64,000 bases of DNA from a virus (IMGVR_UViG_3300013232_000486), one strand, 5' to 3'. Counted from the stretch's first letter, positions 1-9,664 are shown. Notes: generated by a model from the sequence alone, not told the origin. Made by a program: numbers and translations.

Positions 1-2550
1 AATTCGTACCCGATCTCGCTCAGCCCGTACCCAGGAACGACGCTCACGGCGGCCTATAACGGAGCGCCTGGTGACAACGGGCTATGGGCCAACATGCATG
101 TCGGCCACATGAAGCATTTGATGTACACGGTGATATCCGAATGGGAAGACGCCAAGAAAAAAGGCCGCAAAGCGCACGAGAAAATCAAGGCTTGCTATAA
201 TTGGAAGGACTCGGCTCTCAAGCTGTGGCCAGTCATCATGGAGTGGGAAGACTGCCGAAAGAACAAGCCTAAACGAGACACGCAGTTCGATCCGATGACT
301 TTTGAGAAGCCAAAGTTGGATCCAGTCCAGCGGAACGACAGGATACTGATCGATGTGGCTACCAGAGACAGGCATTCTTACCTGTCATGCCTGCTGATCA
401 GTTTGCTCAATCAATCCTTCAAGAACTGGGATATCGTAATTCAAGTCGACGACGCTGACGAGTCGATCTTGCAAGATCATTTGATCATGACTCTTATGGG
501 AAGGCTCCAGAATGAGGGTCATGGATGGAGGATGAACCGCTCCCATCGCCAAGGGCCACATATCGCTCACCAGCGAACACTACAGATGGCCATTGACGAT
601 AACAAGAGGACGAAGGGCAAGTACAAGCTCATTTGCCGAATAGACGATGACATTTACGTGCAACCAAACTACCTCGAGAAGCTATTTAACGAGTTCCTTG
701 CAGACCCGAATTGTGAATTAGGAGCCGTCAGTGGCGTGTACCTTGATCCGAAGAGGTCTGACGCTGAACAATTCGCTCCGAAGAACTACAAGGACGACAT
801 AAACTACGCTGGTTTGATCGACCATAACGTCCCATGGCCGTATATCTGTAGGTATCCAGAAGGGACCAAGCCACGTAACGTCGAGCATCTCTACTCAAGC
901 TATCTTTACCGCGTCGAGGTTGCAGAGGCCATCGGCGGGTACTGCAAGCTGTTCTCGCAGATCGGCCATCGTGAGGAGTCTGACTTCAGCTATCGCTTCT
1001 GGCTGGCTGGATTCCAATTGAAAATCCACCCAGAGGCCATCGGGTACCACTTCAGCGCCCCGAACTCTGGCATTAGGTCGATCGACATCAACGAGAAGAA
1101 CGCGCTGGCAGAGACCGACCACAAGATTTACTCCAGAAGGCTTCACAGATGGAAACAACGAGCGACTGAGAGGAGAAACACCGAGCATCAGAAGCGCATG
1201 GCCATGGAAAAAGAGGCAATAGAGAAAAGGCCAAAACCCGAAACGAGCAAGCTGACATGCGTGATAAACAGCGGAGATAACCCTGAGATCATAAAGTCGG
1301 CCATCAGGCGTTTTGCCAAAGTAGCAGACTCCATTTACGTGACGTGTGAGCTATCGTCAAAGGACTTGTTGTCAGACATATTCTCTGAGCCTGGAATGGC
1401 CATGAAGATCAAGTCTATCGGAACCACCGTAGAGGAGTCCGCTGGCATAGCTCAGACGGTCGCGGCCCTTGGAGACCATGAGTTCGTTATGACGGTCTCA
1501 GACCTGATGACGTTTAAGACGGATCCAAGGAGCATCCTATCTCCGAATTACGACGAGTACGTGTTCGAGGTATACGAGACGTATCGGTCTGGAACCACGA
1601 ACGGAAACATGTTCTCTCCAGACGATTCGGCTCCAGTGATGATTGGAAGGGAGTGTCGGAACCAGTGTCTGATCTTCAGGCGTAACTGTGGCAAGCCATC
1701 CATAGAAAGAATCCTCTACAGCGACATCATGGTCATTGAGGACACAAAGCATATCCCCGAGAAGGGAATGTCTAGATATGGACAGTCTTTGGTCAGGCTC
1801 GACGCAATCGGCTCGATCGACTGGACGAAGATCTGCGTGTTCCAGCATCCAGACGGACAACTCAGTAAATGGGCGGTCCAAGACATCACAAACGGATCGC
1901 CTCTCGTTTCAATTGTAATCCCGACTCCTGGCAGGAAGGCGCATTTGAAACGCTGCATTGACAGCATCTACGCGTACACGACGACCTCATTCGAGCTGAT
2001 CATCGTCGACAATGCGAGTTCCGACGGAACAGCCGAGATGCTTGAGAATGAAGCAAAGGTTCGCCCAAACATAGTCGTCCTCCGACAAGATAAGAACCTG
2101 GGATTCCAAAAGGGCATCAATATCGGAGTCGGGAAGTCCCGTGGCAAGTACGTCCTCTTGTTTAATGATGACGCTTGGGTTGAGAAGCCAGAGCCAGACG
2201 GAGGAGATTGGCTTGGCGTCCTAATCAATGAGCTTGAAGCCAATCCGAAGATAGGCATCGTCGGCCCACACGAGGATGTCAGTCCCGCGCTTGGAAAGAA
2301 AATCCTTTTGTTCTGGTGCGTGATGATGAGGAAGAAGACGTGGGATGACGTCGGGCCACTTGATGATGTCACCTTCTTGAACTATGGCGGAGATGACGAC
2401 TACTGCGAGCGGCTGAAGGCCAAGGGCTACGAGATAAAGTGCAAGTATGTACACTTGCGTCATCTGATGAACCTAGTTCCTCAGAGCGTAAAGAACAGGG
2501 AACTTGAGGAGAGTCGAGTTAAGTTGAGGAGCAAGTACAACGTCAGCTAA
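1..2550 (+). CDS. Multi-domain glycosyltransferase (5'-partial; probable GT4 C-terminal end followed by two GT2 domains)
   Basis: Frame 1 is open from base 1 into the ORF at 94. GT2 motifs: ILIDVATRDR...RIDDD and VSIVIPT...IIVDNAS...LLFNDD...GGDDDY. Confidence 0.85.
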   Translation, partial: NSYPISLSPYPGTTLTAAYNGAPGDNGLWANMHVGHMKHLMYTVISEWEDAKKKGRKAHEKIKACYNWKDSALKLWPVIMEWEDCRKNKPKRDTQFDPMTFEKPKLDPVQRNDRILIDVATRDRHSYLSCLLISLLNQSFKNWDIVIQVDDADESILQDHLIMTLMGRLQNEGHGWRMNRSHRQGPHIAHQRTLQMAIDDNKRTKGKYKLICRIDDDIYVQPNYLEKLFNEFLADPNCELGAVSGVYLDPKRSDAEQFAPKNYKDDINYAGLIDHNVPWPYICRYPEGTKPRNVEHLYSSYLYRVEVAEAIGGYCKLFSQIGHREESDFSYRFWLAGFQLKIHPEAIGYHFSAPNSGIRSIDINEKNALAETDHKIYSRRLHRWKQRATERRNTEHQKRMAMEKEAIEKRPKPETSKLTCVINSGDNPEIIKSAIRRFAKVADSIYVTCELSSKDLLSDIFSEPGMAMKIKSIGTTVEESAGIAQTVAALGDHEFVMTVSDLMTFKTDPRSILSPNYDEYVFEVYETYRSGTTNGNMFSPDDSAPVMIGRECRNQCLIFRRNCGKPSIERILYSDIMVIEDTKHIPEKGMSRYGQSLVRLDAIGSIDWTKICVFQHPDGQLSKWAVQDITNGSPLVSIVIPTPGRKAHLKRCIDSIYAYTTTSFELIIVDNASSDGTAEMLENEAKVRPNIVVLRQDKNLGFQKGINIGVGKSRGKYVLLFNDDAWVEKPEPDGGDWLGVLINELEANPKIGIVGPHEDVSPALGKKILLFWCVMMRKKTWDDVGPLDDVTFLNYGGDDDYCERLKAKGYEIKCKYVHLRHLMNLVPQSVKNRELEESRVKLRSKYNVS

Positions 2551-3053
2551 GACTTGAACCCAGACGTCTTTGCGATCGTCTTTACGCTGGCGAAGGCCAT
2601 TCCAGGACTCATCACCGATTGGAGGGCCTCGTTAATGGCCATCCATAGCTCTTTTTTGCTCAGGCTTACTTGCCTTCCGTCATTCCGTGTATAAATGAAT
2701 CCATGCTCTGGACGACTCGGATCTGGTTCCGTTATCTCTTGCGCAACGCTTCGCATAATCGGGGTAAGCTGCTCCATCAATGTTTCGTTCTCAATGGACT
2801 GCAACGAGAACGGAAGGTCCATCTTTATCTCTGGCTTAAGCCTCTTCGGGTCCGTTTCCGTTTCTAACTGGAGCCTTCTGCTGGCCTCGTACTCCTCTAA
2901 TTTTTTGAGGAGCCTGTCCCTAGCCTTGGACTTGATCTCCTCGATGTCATACTCGGAGATCGCAGCCAGCTTCTTTATTTCAGAGGCGAATTTCTCAGCC
3001 ATCTGAGCCACTACCTCCGTTCTTTCGAACAGCCTCGTAGCAATAGTCACCAT
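2547..3053 (-). CDS. Hypothetical protein (168 aa)
   Basis: ORF with GAGAGAGG RBS-like sequence and an upstream AAGGA-N17-CGAAG motif. Confidence 0.65.
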   Translation of the reverse strand: MVTIATRLFERTEVVAQMAEKFASEIKKLAAISEYDIEEIKSKARDRLLKKLEEYEASRRLQLETETDPKRLKPEIKMDLPFSLQSIENETLMEQLTPIMRSVAQEITEPDPSRPEHGFIYTRNDGRQVSLSKKELWMAINEALQSVMSPGMAFASVKTIAKTSGFKS

Positions 3054-3092
3054 GAGCTTTCCTCTCTCAACTCACTCATGCTTCCTTAATGG

Positions 3093-3120
3093 ACTTCGAA
3101 TCGTCTCGGTGGTGTTCCTT
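3093..3120 (-). promoter_or_regulatory. Putative phage late promoter (AAGGA-N17-CGAAG)
   Basis: Matches the fixed-spacing intergenic motif; back-to-back with the plus-strand copy. Confidence 0.6.
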
Positions 3121-3121
3121 C

Positions 3122-3150
3122 AAGGATTTAGCCCTTAGCATAGAGAACAA
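3122..3150 (+). promoter_or_regulatory. Putative phage late promoter (AAGGA-N17-AGAAC)
   Basis: AAGGA tttagcccttagcatag AGAACAA upstream of the ORF at 3169. Confidence 0.65.
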
Positions 3151-3168
3151 GCCTCTAGGAGACCCCTC

Positions 3169-4149
3169 ATGGCCGACACTCTCTATTTCACCGCTGGCCA
3201 GCTAGCAGCGTTGACCGCCTTGTTCACGACATCGCCAAGCGGCCAGCCCATAGACGTACCAGACGCGCAAGTACAAGTTTTCGGGTCTGGTGGCGACACG
3301 ATCATGGGTCCAGTCAGCATGACTCAGATCGTAACTGGGTTCTACTTCTATGATTGGGTCATCCCGAACTCGACTCCAGTTGGCGCGTATACCGTCAAGT
3401 ACTCTGGAACGGTGCTTGGCATCCCCACGGCATCCATCGGAAACATCCAAGTATTCCCATATGGAACGCCCGCTGGCGTGACGATGACCCCGCAGCAAGT
3501 CGCCTTGATCGCTGGCCTCGAAACGTATTTGGGATGCATGCAAGCAATTCCCGTGTATAGCGAGGTGGCCAGGAGGAATTCCACAAGGTCGGAGTTCCAG
3601 TTCACCTTCCCCAGATGGAACATGAGTAACCATTCCGTCTTCGTGAACAACGAGGAAGTCACGTCTGGATTTGCGATTGACACTGACGCTGGACGCATCA
3701 GATTCGACTCTCCGCTGCTGGATTCCGATGCCGTTCGAGCCACGTATACGTTCAGGTTCTTTTCTTCCACCGACTTACTAAGGTTCATCAACGACGCCAT
3801 CAACAACCTGAACGTCGGCCCTCCGCTATATTCTTGGACTCCAGAGACCTTGCCTTCGCAGATGTTTGGTGTTATCATGCAAGGGGCTGCGGCGCTGGCC
3901 ATTCAGAAGCTCTTGATGTGCTGGAGCATCCAGCAGATCAGGAAGATCTTCGGTGACAAGGACGCGCAAGCCGTGCAGTCGAACTGGCAGTCGTTGAAGC
4001 AGAACTACGAGGAGCAGTTCAAGGAGTTGAGGGCTCAGGCAAAGATCAGCAGATACCCGACCCCAGCGGCGGTCATCGCGCCAGAGTACACGCTGCCAGG
4101 CGGAAGGTCGAGGTGGTTCCGCTACCTGTTCTCCTCATCTCTTGGCTAA
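3169..4149 (+). CDS. Probable virion structural protein (neck/head-tail adaptor-like, N-terminal Ig-like beta domain)
   Basis: AGGAG RBS; beta-rich N-terminus (GFYFYDWVIP...VGAYTVKYSG); helical adaptor-like C-terminal half. Confidence 0.55.
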   Translation: MADTLYFTAGQLAALTALFTTSPSGQPIDVPDAQVQVFGSGGDTIMGPVSMTQIVTGFYFYDWVIPNSTPVGAYTVKYSGTVLGIPTASIGNIQVFPYGTPAGVTMTPQQVALIAGLETYLGCMQAIPVYSEVARRNSTRSEFQFTFPRWNMSNHSVFVNNEEVTSGFAIDTDAGRIRFDSPLLDSDAVRATYTFRFFSSTDLLRFINDAINNLNVGPPLYSWTPETLPSQMFGVIMQGAAALAIQKLLMCWSIQQIRKIFGDKDAQAVQSNWQSLKQNYEEQFKELRAQAKISRYPTPAAVIAPEYTLPGGRSRWFRYLFSSSLG

Positions 4150-4163
4150 GCAGGGGACTTGAA

Positions 4164-5870
4164 GTGATAATCATCCAAGCCGCTGAGGCTCCCAAGATAA
4201 GCCTTTCGCCAAACGAGCAGAAGATATTCTCTTTCCTGCTCGAGGCCAATCAGAAACTCGGATTGAATTCCACCATGCGCGTGGCTGGTGGATGGGTTCG
4301 TGATAAGCTCCTCGGCAAAGACAGCAACGACATCGATGTCGCCATCGATAACATGAAGGGCGAGGACTTTGCCAATCAACTCAAGAAACTTGAGGGGCAC
4401 CCAGCAGTTGGAAAGTCATACGTCGTAAAAGAGAATCCAGAACAATCAAAGCTGATTGGCAGCGCCAACGTGGTCATCTATGGCGAGCCGATCGACTTCG
4501 TGAACTTGCGAAAAGACGAGTACGATAAGGATTCAAGGATCCCTACTACGACAATGGCTACCCCACAAGAGGATGCCTTGCGTCGTGATCTTACCATCAA
4601 CGCCATCTTCTATAACATAAACAGTGGCCAAGTCGAGGATTATGTAAATGGAATCCAAGACTTGTCCACCATGACGCTCCGTACCCCAAGGGAACCAATC
4701 TTGTTGCTTCGTGAGGATCCTCTTCGCGCCTTGCGTTGGCTCAGGTTCTTTTCAAGGTATAAGGACGCAAAGATTGACCCCTCGCTCGTGGAGGCTCTCG
4801 CCAGTTCAGAGCTTCACGAAATGTACAAGACTAAGGTCAGCCCAACCAGAGCATTCCCAGAACTGAAGAAGTTAATGGAAGGCAGCAAGCCAGGGGAAGC
4901 CTTACGGGTTTTGTTTGACACTGGATTGTACAAGGCAGTCTTCAACACCCCGAAGTTCAGGGAATTATCAGACCTCAAAATGGACCAGAAGAACAAGCAT
5001 CACGTCCATAATCTGATGGATCACACGTTTAACGTCATGGACGGCTTGAACAAAATAATGATTTCAGAGGGCGTCGATCCAGAGACGCGGATGCTCATGA
5101 ACTTCGCGGCCATGTTCCACGATTTCGGAAAGGCTGGCCCGCAAGCGTTCGGAAAACCTGATAGCCCGAGGGTACAACAGCCTCATCCATCTCGCCCCGA
5201 AGAGATGATGTACAAGGGACACGAGAACGTATCTTCCGAGGTCGCAGACGAAATCCTCAAGACCATTGGTCTTGGGTCAAAGGCCAGACGATTCGTCTCC
5301 CAGATCATTGATAACCACATGCTCCACGAATGGCCAGAGGCCGTTCCTGGTGTACCGTCAAGACAGACGAAGAAGCAGCAGCGCAAGTACTTCGAGAAAA
5401 TGCATAGTCTTCTCTCTGGCCTTAAGCCAATCGAGAAGGGAACCGAGAACGACAAGCTGCCCTCTCGGCCCTATGGCGTCGACGAGTTGGCGAACCTGGC
5501 CATGATGCATGTTCGCTCAGACATCCTCGGGACTGGGCCTGGGCGCGAGCAAGAAGCCGAGCGAATCAAGCAACACCAAGAGAATCTGAAGCAGTACTAC
5601 CCATTCTGGTCTTCCCTTCGCCCGCTTGTCAGGGGAGACGAGATCATCACGATGTTCCCGGCCCTAAAGGTCGGGAACACCGTTGATGGAAAGTCCTTTG
5701 TTGTCGATATAATAGAGAGGCTGAAGTTGGCGCAAGCTAACGGACAAATTTCGACGAGGGAAGAAGCCTTGAGTATGATCCAGCAGATGAGAGGCGGGAT
5801 CATGGACAAGTACGGAAAGCCGAAGTCGGCCATTGCTTCGTGGTTTAACCGCATCGAGCAAGAAGGCTAA
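4164..5870 (+). CDS. cca: CCA-adding enzyme / tRNA nucleotidyltransferase with HD domain
   Basis: Class II motifs VAGGWVRD, DIDVA, RRDLTINA and EDPLRALR; HD motif AMFHDFGK. GTG start at 4164 preferred over 4113 because it avoids overlap and follows AGGGG. Confidence 0.9.
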   Translation: MIIIQAAEAPKISLSPNEQKIFSFLLEANQKLGLNSTMRVAGGWVRDKLLGKDSNDIDVAIDNMKGEDFANQLKKLEGHPAVGKSYVVKENPEQSKLIGSANVVIYGEPIDFVNLRKDEYDKDSRIPTTTMATPQEDALRRDLTINAIFYNINSGQVEDYVNGIQDLSTMTLRTPREPILLLREDPLRALRWLRFFSRYKDAKIDPSLVEALASSELHEMYKTKVSPTRAFPELKKLMEGSKPGEALRVLFDTGLYKAVFNTPKFRELSDLKMDQKNKHHVHNLMDHTFNVMDGLNKIMISEGVDPETRMLMNFAAMFHDFGKAGPQAFGKPDSPRVQQPHPSRPEEMMYKGHENVSSEVADEILKTIGLGSKARRFVSQIIDNHMLHEWPEAVPGVPSRQTKKQQRKYFEKMHSLLSGLKPIEKGTENDKLPSRPYGVDELANLAMMHVRSDILGTGPGREQEAERIKQHQENLKQYYPFWSSLRPLVRGDEIITMFPALKVGNTVDGKSFVVDIIERLKLAQANGQISTREEALSMIQQMRGGIMDKYGKPKSAIASWFNRIEQEG

Positions 5871-6184
5871 TGATAGTAAAGTTTGACATGGTGTTGATCG
5901 GATGCCTTTTAAGGTCGCATATCCACCCACCGCGACCAAAGCCGCCAGTCTTTGTCACAGTCATGACCGAAAGCGGCCCACAACTAATGAAGTGTGAGAA
6001 GAATCGTTGTCACGACGCCTATGGCGCAGAGCCGTCCGTCGCCGTTGGCGAGCTTGCAATCTCAGAAATGCCTGACTGGCTCAAAGAGGAGCTTGTCAGA
6101 GGGCAAGTCATCTCAATGGAGAGAAGTGACTATGCAAACCTGCCTGGTTCCGTCCGCAGCTTCGCGGAGGTCATGGCTTACTAA
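5870..6184 (+). CDS. Hypothetical protein (104 aa)
   Basis: TAATG stop/start coupling with cca. Confidence 0.6.
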   Translation: MIVKFDMVLIGCLLRSHIHPPRPKPPVFVTVMTESGPQLMKCEKNRCHDAYGAEPSVAVGELAISEMPDWLKEELVRGQVISMERSDYANLPGSVRSFAEVMAY

Positions 6185-6203
6185 CCACAATAAGGAGAAT
6201 TTC

Positions 6204-6905
6204 GTGCCGAAGAAGATGAAGCATCGACAAAACGACCAACAGCCACAAACTCAAGAAAGGGGTCCAAAGACTGCAAGGGTCGTGGTCAGCGGCATGACCG
6301 ACGGGCAAAAAGAATACATTAAGGCAATCATAAACAACAGAGTCGTCTTCTGCGCGGGTCCAGCGGGGACGGGAAAGACCGCCGTGGCCGTCGGAATGGC
6401 GCTCCAGTACGTGTTGTCGCCTGGATCGCAATACAAGAGGATCGTCGTCATGAGGCCCGTCATGGAGGCCTGTGGCGAGCATATCGGCTTCATCCCAGGC
6501 GACCTCGAGAACAAAATGGCTCCATGGATCAAGCCAGTCCTAGACAACATGATGCCGTTCTTGCCGCCGAGCGAGGCGCAAGGGTTGTTCCGCGCTGGAA
6601 TGGTCGAGGTAATCCCGTTGGCCTACGCCAGAGGAAGGTCTTTGAGTGACGCGTTCATCATCCTTGACGAGGCCCAGAACTGCTCCGACAAGCAGATGAA
6701 GATGGCTTTGACCAGGATGGGCAGGAACTCGAAGATGGTAATTGATGGAGATACGACTCAGCGCGACACAGAGGGTGTTTGTGGGCTAGCGGACGCCATG
6801 AACCGTCTGAGTGGTGTCCCAGGCATTTACATGATCGCCCTCGGTAAAGAAGACATCGTCCGAGACCCCATGATCAGCCTGATCTTAGAGAAGTACGACG
6901 AATAA
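6204..6905 (+). CDS. phoH: PhoH-family ATPase
   Basis: Walker A GPAGTGKT, GFIPGDL, RGRS and DEAQN motifs; AAGGAG RBS before GTG at 6204. Confidence 0.93.
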   Translation: MPKKMKHRQNDQQPQTQERGPKTARVVVSGMTDGQKEYIKAIINNRVVFCAGPAGTGKTAVAVGMALQYVLSPGSQYKRIVVMRPVMEACGEHIGFIPGDLENKMAPWIKPVLDNMMPFLPPSEAQGLFRAGMVEVIPLAYARGRSLSDAFIILDEAQNCSDKQMKMALTRMGRNSKMVIDGDTTQRDTEGVCGLADAMNRLSGVPGIYMIALGKEDIVRDPMISLILEKYDE

Positions 6906-6933
6906 AGGAACCAGTGCTGTTTGGAAAGAATAG
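6905..6933 (+). promoter_or_regulatory. Putative phage late promoter (AAGGA-N17-AGAAT)
   Basis: AAGGA accagtgctgtttggaa AGAATAG. Confidence 0.65.
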
Positions 6934-6952
6934 TCGTTTGAGGAGAAAAACC

Positions 6953-7444
6953 ATGCCTATCAAACTCACGAGAACCGATAACGTTGGCGAAGTCGTCAAG
7001 ATGGCCATGCTTGCGCCTAAGATCAAAAAGGTTGCTGCGGCATTCGAAAAGAATGGGTTTGATCTCCCAAAGGACTTCACGTCAGACTTCGTCATGTGTC
7101 TGGCTGGAACCTACGACTTGGATAACCCAGTCGGAGGACTCAGCGAAGAGGATGTGGGCAAGCTCAAAGAAGATCTGTTCAGGTTCTTGAGTGGTCGTGC
7201 CGATAAGGTTATGTCAATTCTCGAGAGAGTGGCGCCAGAACCTGGCGCTCGCAAAGCAAGGCTGGCGGATCTCATTAATACTGGGATGACTTCGTTCATA
7301 GGGCAGACAGATCCTCTACGAGCTGGTCAGGTGACGCCAGAAGCGAGACTTAGGATAGCGAACGAAACCGCTGACGAATTTATAGCGACCCAATCTGGAG
7401 CAGTAGGCTCTAGTGGAAAGATGATTTCTAACTTTGGAGTCTAG
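6953..7444 (+). CDS. Hypothetical protein
   Basis: GAGGAG RBS before ATG at 6953. Confidence 0.7.
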   Translation: MPIKLTRTDNVGEVVKMAMLAPKIKKVAAAFEKNGFDLPKDFTSDFVMCLAGTYDLDNPVGGLSEEDVGKLKEDLFRFLSGRADKVMSILERVAPEPGARKARLADLINTGMTSFIGQTDPLRAGQVTPEARLRIANETADEFIATQSGAVGSSGKMISNFGV

Positions 7445-7643
7445 CGCGTACCTCGGCTTGAAGCTCCTTGCGCCTATACGCCCTTAGTACAATCTTTCCG
7501 ATCCCAGTTGATATCTCTCTCATCTGTCCATAAGTCATTATGGACACTTCGTTTGGATGAATGCGATAAGGCTCGTCATCAGGATGAATCCATTCCCCGC
7601 TGTCGTTCTTGGTGAAGATCTGGGTAGGGTCTGTGTCGTTCAT
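7428..7643 (-). CDS. Hypothetical protein (71 aa)
   Basis: AGGAG RBS and a sigma70-like promoter upstream. Confidence 0.6.
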   Translation of the reverse strand: MNDTDPTQIFTKNDSGEWIHPDDEPYRIHPNEVSIMTYGQMREISTGIGKIVLRAYRRKELQAEVRARLQS

Positions 7644-7663
7644 CGCTGTCTCCTCTCACCTTT

Positions 7664-7692
7664 ACAATACCACGCATTGTCCTAATGTACAA
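7664..7692 (-). promoter_or_regulatory. Sigma70-like promoter (TTGTAC-N17-TATTGT)
   Basis: Canonical spacing with a TG extension, intergenic. Confidence 0.5.
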
Positions 7693-7716
7693 CATGCGTG
7701 CCTATCCCGCACGTGC

Positions 7717-8463
7717 TCACTTAGGTACTGGACCATACCACATGTGAAAGTTCTGCCGTCCAGTCGAGAAGTCTAGCTGGAACTGCCTATCCTCGTCAGT
7801 CCTTGGGTATCGCGTTTCCAAGAGCGCCTTGTTCCTTTTGGCCACGTCACTCCATCCCTTGATTCCGCCACAAGTTATGTTCCCTATATGCCAAATCGGG
7901 AAGTGGGTTCCCCAATGAGGTAGCTGCTCGGGGACCTGAACGACCTTGTAGCCGATCTTTTGAGCCTTCAAGCAGAAGTCGGTATCCTCTCCAGCGCCAG
8001 GATTGAACACTTCATCAAGGTAGCCAATCTCCTTGACGACGTCCCGTCGTATCCCAACGCAGAAGAACACCAAGAACGACTTGTCTTTTGCCCACCAGTC
8101 GATCGTGGATCCAGTAACTGCCACGGACTTGTCTTGGAGAGGATCGGTCAACATTCTGACCCACACATCATTTCCTCCCCAGTCCAGAATGGCCGCGTCG
8201 TCATTCAAAAGGATCACGTTGTCGCCTTGGGCCGCGACCATGCCGATATTGACGGCCCGCGTGTATCCCAACGGCTCTGGACATGCCAACACGTGAAATG
8301 GAGCGCCCAAGCCATTGGCCCATTCGACGGCCTCTGGAGGGGATCCGTTGCAAATGATCCAGACGTCCGATTGGGTCAAATCGGTAGTCTTCTGTATGCT
8401 CTGAACGCACTCTTTCAGGCCGTGGAAATTCTTGTACGTGGGGATGATGATGCTGTTCTTCAT
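7717..8463 (-). CDS. Glycosyltransferase family 2
   Basis: MKNSIIIPTY start at 8463; ILLNDD and GAGEDTDFC motifs. Confidence 0.9.
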   Translation of the reverse strand: MKNSIIIPTYKNFHGLKECVQSIQKTTDLTQSDVWIICNGSPPEAVEWANGLGAPFHVLACPEPLGYTRAVNIGMVAAQGDNVILLNDDAAILDWGGNDVWVRMLTDPLQDKSVAVTGSTIDWWAKDKSFLVFFCVGIRRDVVKEIGYLDEVFNPGAGEDTDFCLKAQKIGYKVVQVPEQLPHWGTHFPIWHIGNITCGGIKGWSDVAKRNKALLETRYPRTDEDRQFQLDFSTGRQNFHMWYGPVPK

Positions 8464-8477
8464 AGGCCATAATACCG

Positions 8478-8506
8478 TAGGAAGCCAGCCCGTCGGCATA
8501 GAATAA
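8478..8506 (+). promoter_or_regulatory. Putative phage late promoter (TAGGA-N17-AGAAT)
   Basis: TAGGA agccagcccgtcggcat AGAATAA; ATG at 8511 follows almost immediately, so the mRNA may be leaderless. Confidence 0.6.
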
Positions 8507-8510
8507 GAGT

Positions 8511-8792
8511 ATGAGGAGACGTCCCATGCCATGTACGCCAAATAGAAAGCCCCCCGAAGGGCCTCCAGCGCAATCCGTGTGGGCGCCAGACTACTTGCCG
8601 TCTGGACATGAGCATCACGCCACGACCATGAGAATGGATTACAATCAAGGCATACCACCTAATTTTGACGAGCTTCCTCCAGAAGAACAGGAAAGGATCA
8701 AACAACGATACCAGTACCTTGGAATCAAGATGCGCTCTGATATCAAAGACAAGACCATCCCAATCCAAAAGGAAACGATGGACATACCATGA
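8511..8792 (+). CDS. Hypothetical protein (93 aa)
   Basis: ATGA overlap with the next gene; shares a motif with ORFs 9102 and 9302. Confidence 0.6.
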   Translation: MRRRPMPCTPNRKPPEGPPAQSVWAPDYLPSGHEHHATTMRMDYNQGIPPNFDELPPEEQERIKQRYQYLGIKMRSDIKDKTIPIQKETMDIP

Positions 8793-9100
8793 ACTGGTTC
8801 CGAAAGATCGCGGCTCACGGAAACACGCTTGAAGGACAGATGTTCTCCCAAGAGCTGATCAAACTCACCAAGGACGTCAAGCGTCTCGTCGCCGAGGCAC
8901 TTGACGGAGGCCCAAACAGCGTCCTTCCAAGGTGGCGTGGAGAGATCCGCCGAGCAATCCTCATGCTTCCAGTAGAAGAACGGTTGCCCAAGCTGAGCAT
9001 GTACGAGATCAACGAACTAAAGACCAAGGTAGCCGAGATCAAGGCGAAGATAGAGAAGTACGACACGAAGAGGCTGATTCAGATTATGGGGGGCAAGTAG
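8789..9100 (+). CDS. Hypothetical protein with N-terminal MNWFRKIA motif
   Basis: Operon coupling; N-terminal motif shared with ORFs 48334 and 49696. Confidence 0.7.
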   Translation: MNWFRKIAAHGNTLEGQMFSQELIKLTKDVKRLVAEALDGGPNSVLPRWRGEIRRAILMLPVEERLPKLSMYEINELKTKVAEIKAKIEKYDTKRLIQIMGGK

Positions 9101-9101
9101 A

Positions 9102-9305
9102 ATGCCCATCGTTAGGAATAACGTGGTCGTTGTTACAGAAAAGGACGGGACCAAGCGAGTAATCACGACCGCTGAGGAACTTCAGAAGTGGTTTGAAACT
9201 CTTTCCAAAGAGGATGCTGAGCTTTACAAGGCCAGATACAGGTTTGAACCAGTCAGGAATATGACTGGAATTACTGACTATACGGGGACTCTTAGAGACC
9301 TATGA
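9102..9305 (+). CDS. Hypothetical protein (67 aa)
   Basis: Tightly packed in the operon. Confidence 0.65.
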   Translation: MPIVRNNVVVVTEKDGTKRVITTAEELQKWFETLSKEDAELYKARYRFEPVRNMTGITDYTGTLRDL

Positions 9306-9664
9306 ACTACAGAAACATCCAATCCAAACAAGCTGGAAACCTCGATGTTAGCCAGATGCAGTTGTCGATCTCTATCGGGAACAAGGTGTACGCCATTTGC
9401 GATTCGGTGCAGCTTGAGCAAATGATCAACGGCGAATTGGAAAGGGCTTCCAACGAGTTGATTACAGCCCTCGCTGCCAAGAACCCAGACTCTAAGATTC
9501 CAGTGTACCCGACCGAAGAAGAGGTAAAGGCCCTCGCCAGAAAGAAGGTAGAGGAGAAGGGGTTTTCTACTCTGGACGCAGTATTGGCCAAGATGACCCC
9601 AGAGCAAGTGAAGCAATGGAAGGACTCATACAGGTTCACGCCGTTCAGCAGGAGGTCGCTGTAA
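9302..9664 (+). CDS. Hypothetical protein (120 aa)
   Basis: ATGA and TAATG coupling on both sides. Confidence 0.7.
   Translation: MNYRNIQSKQAGNLDVSQMQLSISIGNKVYAICDSVQLEQMINGELERASNELITALAAKNPDSKIPVYPTEEEVKALARKKVEEKGFSTLDAVLAKMTPEQVKQWKDSYRFTPFSRRSL

Noticed and set aside
5994-6203. N-terminal extension of PhoH in the ORF track
   Set aside because: It overlaps the 5870 gene, and a strong RBS supports the GTG at 6204.
8464-8658. N-terminal extension of the GT2 in the ORF track
   Set aside because: It overlaps the divergent promoter motif and the 8511 ORF; the GT2 fold starts at MKNSIIIPT.
8769-8795. AAGGA...GAAC resembling the late promoter motif
   Set aside because: Spacing is one base short, it lies inside coding sequence and overlaps the start codon; not counted.
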